Below, piece by piece: positions 60,706-64,000 of a stretch of 64,000 bases of DNA (position 1 is its first letter; every line of letters starts with the position of its first letter). Origin of the DNA: Chlorokybus atmophyticus (lineage: Eukaryota > Plantae > Mesostigma and Chlorokybus algae); the NCBI GenBank assembly GCA_009103225.1, contig RHPI01002112.1:10449-74448 (forward strand), given 5' to 3'. A program made the translations under genes and the position numbers. The notes under the pieces were generated by a model. It saw nothing but the letters and a program-made list of their open reading frames with translations, searched no databases and was not told the DNA's origin.

Positions 60706-63700
60706 TTACAGGTCCTCCCTCAGCTGATGCGTGATGTTGCGCAGCTTCAGCACCTGCGAGTTGCCATAACCAGCACCAACCGTCGGTCCAGGTCCCGCAC
60801 CAGCCGGCGAGACCTCAAGGCCTTCAGCAAGCAGTGACTCGGGGAAGCGCTTAGCCGCGGCAGAGGCCGCAACCGCGTGATGAGACTGAGCCTGAGTCTC
60901 ACTTTGATCCTGAGTCTGAGGGAGAGATTGAGTCTGGGTCTCGGATGGGACAGTGGGGAAGTCTTCATCCTCGGCAAGGACAACTATGCCCAGGGCCTGG
61001 GCCTTGGCCAAAAGCTGCGCGTAGTACGCCTTGTCGTCGGACTGCACCGCGGCCTCCTTCGCCGTCGCCGCCGACGATGCCGGCATGTCCCAGTAGTTCC
61101 ATCGGTTGCCCAGCGCGCTTGACCGTGCCTGGTTGATGTCCGTTGAGGCCAGCGCGCTATACCTGAGGTGCCAAGCAACAGAGCAAGTAATTATTGTGCT
61201 AGTACAATGGTTGACATGCATGGATATCTTCTAACCAGCTAATGCGACATACTTAAACAACAAAAGACCAATACCAAGGGGAAAGAAAAAAAGCAAAACA
61301 ATAAGAGCTGAATACAAGCAACAACATACACACAGCTTTATTGGTGACGGTTTGATATTCGAGTCTGTCCGTTGTGTTTTTGGGTCATCGTTAGCGTACC
61401 TCGCTGTGTATGCTTGCGAAGCCGAGAGGTGTCTCTGAGGCGCCATCTGGGTGGACTTGGGCGACAGACCCGTGTGCGTGCGGTTGGCATAGCCCGCGCC
61501 CATGCCGGTGTGGCCGTCCGTTGGCTGCAGCTTGCTCCTGATGCCGGCGGTGTCCTTAAAGATCACGTCGCGCAACATAATGTACTGCTTGAACTTGCTC
61601 ACGAGCCAAGGAATTGACGTTCGCTCCACATCTCTCATCTGTGGAGAAGACCGTAAGCGACATTGCATGAACAAATGCGCCCTCCAGCGATGTCTTCACC
61701 ACCCAACATCACCGTCATGAAGAAGCATCACGCACCGTTGGCCGGCGGGCGTGCTGTTTTCTGAATGCATCACTCCAAGTGCCCAACTCATTGCGAAGCA
61801 CGGAGTATCGCCGCAAGTCTTGCTTGTACCTGTGCAAAAGAATCAAACTCACACTCCCGCACAGATTTGGCAGTCGCAGTGTTCATTGCGCAATGCGAGG
61901 GCCAAAAAGCGTACCTGAGGACTTGCTCTGCGTTGGACATTAGAGGCCGGGCGGCGTGCATTTTCAGCACCTCCAGCCTTTCTGCGGCGTGGCTCTGCCG
62001 ACGTATGCGCATGCTTGCAGCAATCTTCGCCTTTGTCTCCTCGCTGTGGCGTCGCCCTTGCATTGCACGAGAGATCTTTGAGCGAACCTGCGGTTGAACA
62101 CCAACACTCTCTCAAAGATGCCCCTACGCCCCGCGTCCACGGAAGCGTATACCTTGTGAACCAATCCGTTACCTCTATGCTTCTTCTGCGGCCTGTGGCT
62201 GTGCCAGAATCATATGTACACGAGGCTTCATCATCCAGGGCAGGAGGAAGAGGTCTTCGGCTTGCGAATGCTGTATCTTCATTGCCCTCACTCATCAAGT
62301 TTTCATCAACCAACCCTTCAGCTTTTTCAACTTCTTCCTCTTCTTCTTTTTCTTCTGTTTTGTCTTCAGCACTCAACTTTTTATCAGCACCAACACCTCT
62401 ATTTCTGCCTATTGAGCTTGGATAGCTCAACGCATTCAGGAGCCTCCTCTCCGCCTCAATGCCACTGCTAACAAATGCGTCCAGCGCCTTCATCATGAAG
62501 CTGCGGGCAAGGCTGGGAATATCACCATCATCGGCTGTAATATTGGTGGTGCCACTAGTGCCAGCACTGTTAGCGTTATATTCTCTTTTGGGTATGCATC
62601 TATCAACATTATCTTCTCGTGTGTCGCCGTTACTGCTTTCAGCTTCGCGCCTTTCATGATTACTACTGTTTGGCGACCGGGGTGTTATGTCATGCACGTG
62701 CTTCCGCACCCAACGCATGCGCTGCGCAGCTGCAATTTTCTGCTTGTGCTCTTCGGTCATCTGCTTTCCAAGCTTGAGTCTGTACCCCAACAGAGCAATG
62801 GTAAGCAGGTCAGCATTCTACCCGCAAGTCATACTATGCACGCGTGTCTGGTCCATTGCATCAAGTACGTGTGACTGCATGTATGGGTGTGTACATTGAA
62901 TTGCAAATGCAAGCTCTTACAAGGTCTGTGTACACAAGAAGTTGGCATGCAGATACTTGTCGATAACTGCGAATGTGTGCACAACCATCCGACATTCATA
63001 CATGTACGTGCGCTCGCATGTAGACAGGCTGGTGCGTATTCATCTTTGCAAATAATAGCTACGCTGATACCTTCGCATCTTTTCCCTGAAGTCATCTGAA
63101 ACAGTTCTCCCGCGTTGGGCAGCGCTCATACGCGCACGAGTCTCAGGTGACGCCGTGGCGCCAGTGCGCGCGGCCCGCACCTTCTCACACATGTCCGGGC
63201 TCATCTCCCTCCCCAGATTCCATGCAGTGCCTCCCCGTAAGCTGTCACGCACGCGCTCCGCAAAGTCCGGATCCTGTGTGACAATGACAGCAATGACGGT
63301 GGTGACACTGGAATTGACTACGGTGTTGATGGCGACAACAACCATGACATTGATAATGACAGTGGGCACTGCCGACGATTATAAAGTTGGTGACAGACGA
63401 AGGTGCGCCGATGCCTGTGAACTTGTTCTTAACACACTCCAGTAAGCTGACATACACGCTGAACATGGCTGTGTGACCCGATGGCAAAAATGCAGTTCAG
63501 TGCAGTGTAGAATTGCAGAAGACAGCAGAGACGCAAATGGGCAAGTAGGCACTGCGCCAGTCAAGCAATCACACAAACACAGCAATGCACACACAAACCC
63601 TAACCTGCCACTTGGCGGTGAGGCTAGCACTGATCTTGGCGCGGACGTCATCCGGCATGGAGACGCCTCTGTTCCACGACGATCGCCCACTGCTGCTGCT

Positions 63701-63985
63701 TGTTCTGGCCTCCTGGTGCTGGCCATCGTCATCATCGTCATCCTCCACCAGAAAGCTGCTATGGTTACTCCTGCTGTTCAACAGCTCTCCCTCTCGGTCG
63801 AGTAAGGCAGTGCTAGAAGTAGCACTGGCCTGCTGCTTGTAGGCCAGCTGCGCTCTGCTATGAAGCTGCTGCTGGCGCCTCCGCCGCCTGGACGCTCTCC
63901 CCGCCGCCCACGACGGCGACGACAGCACCAACGCTGAGGGGGAGGGGGAGGCGGAGGCGGAGGTGGAGGCAGCAGCCACCCGCAT
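60706..63985 (-). CDS. Protein with about 7 NUMOD3-like motifs and a predicted plastid transit peptide; no nuclease domain seen; about 6 exons
   Basis: WNRGVSMPDDVRAKISASL, WNLGREMSPDMCEKV, ASPETRARMSAAQRGRTVSDDFREKM, GKQMTEEHKQKIAAAQ and GRRRSIE|VRSKISRAMQGRRHSEETKAKIAASM. The N-terminus is Ser/Ala/Arg-rich. Confidence 0.75.
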
Positions 63986-64000
63986 GACCTCCCACACCAC

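Noticed and set aside
44700-64000. Contaminant or chimeric join with a non-green organism (the microsatellite-rich introns resemble those of some protists)
   Set aside because: The NUMOD3 gene has a plastid-type transit peptide and both sequence styles occur within single genes. The join cannot be fully excluded without reads.

Overview
Eukaryotic nuclear scaffold from the green lineage, read with the standard genetic code. It has two N-gaps and three single Ns. A streptophyte alga is inferred from a plant-type PI4K-gamma, BolA4, a FAD synthase of PAPS-reductase plus MoCF type, a plant APP1-like insertion, a plastid-type NUMOD3 protein and telo-boxes. The left end holds the 5' half of a Ty3/gypsy-like LTR retrotransposon on the minus strand, with LTR, tRNA-iMet PBS and gag. 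Gag is separated from pro/pol by a single in-frame UAG, and an extra domain of about 150 aa lies between Gag and the protease. About 14 mostly intron-containing host genes follow: a DnaJ-type Zn-finger protein, an MLF-like protein, a USP36/42-like protease, FAD synthase, PI4K-gamma, aminopeptidase P, NOG2, BolA4, MAK16, ethanolamine kinase, API5, a GT11 fucosyltransferase-like protein, an SLC49/FLVCR-like MFS transporter, an SLC35F-like transporter and a multi-NUMOD3 protein. There is also a decayed Penelope-like RT, an AT-rich island carrying an exact copy of part of the USP gene, and several short tandem duplications, two of which duplicate splice sites. The right third has GC3-rich exons, CA/GT-microsatellite introns and three GC-AG introns. 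Gene models were reconstructed by eye and no database search was run, so spans run from the first to the last coding base and include introns.
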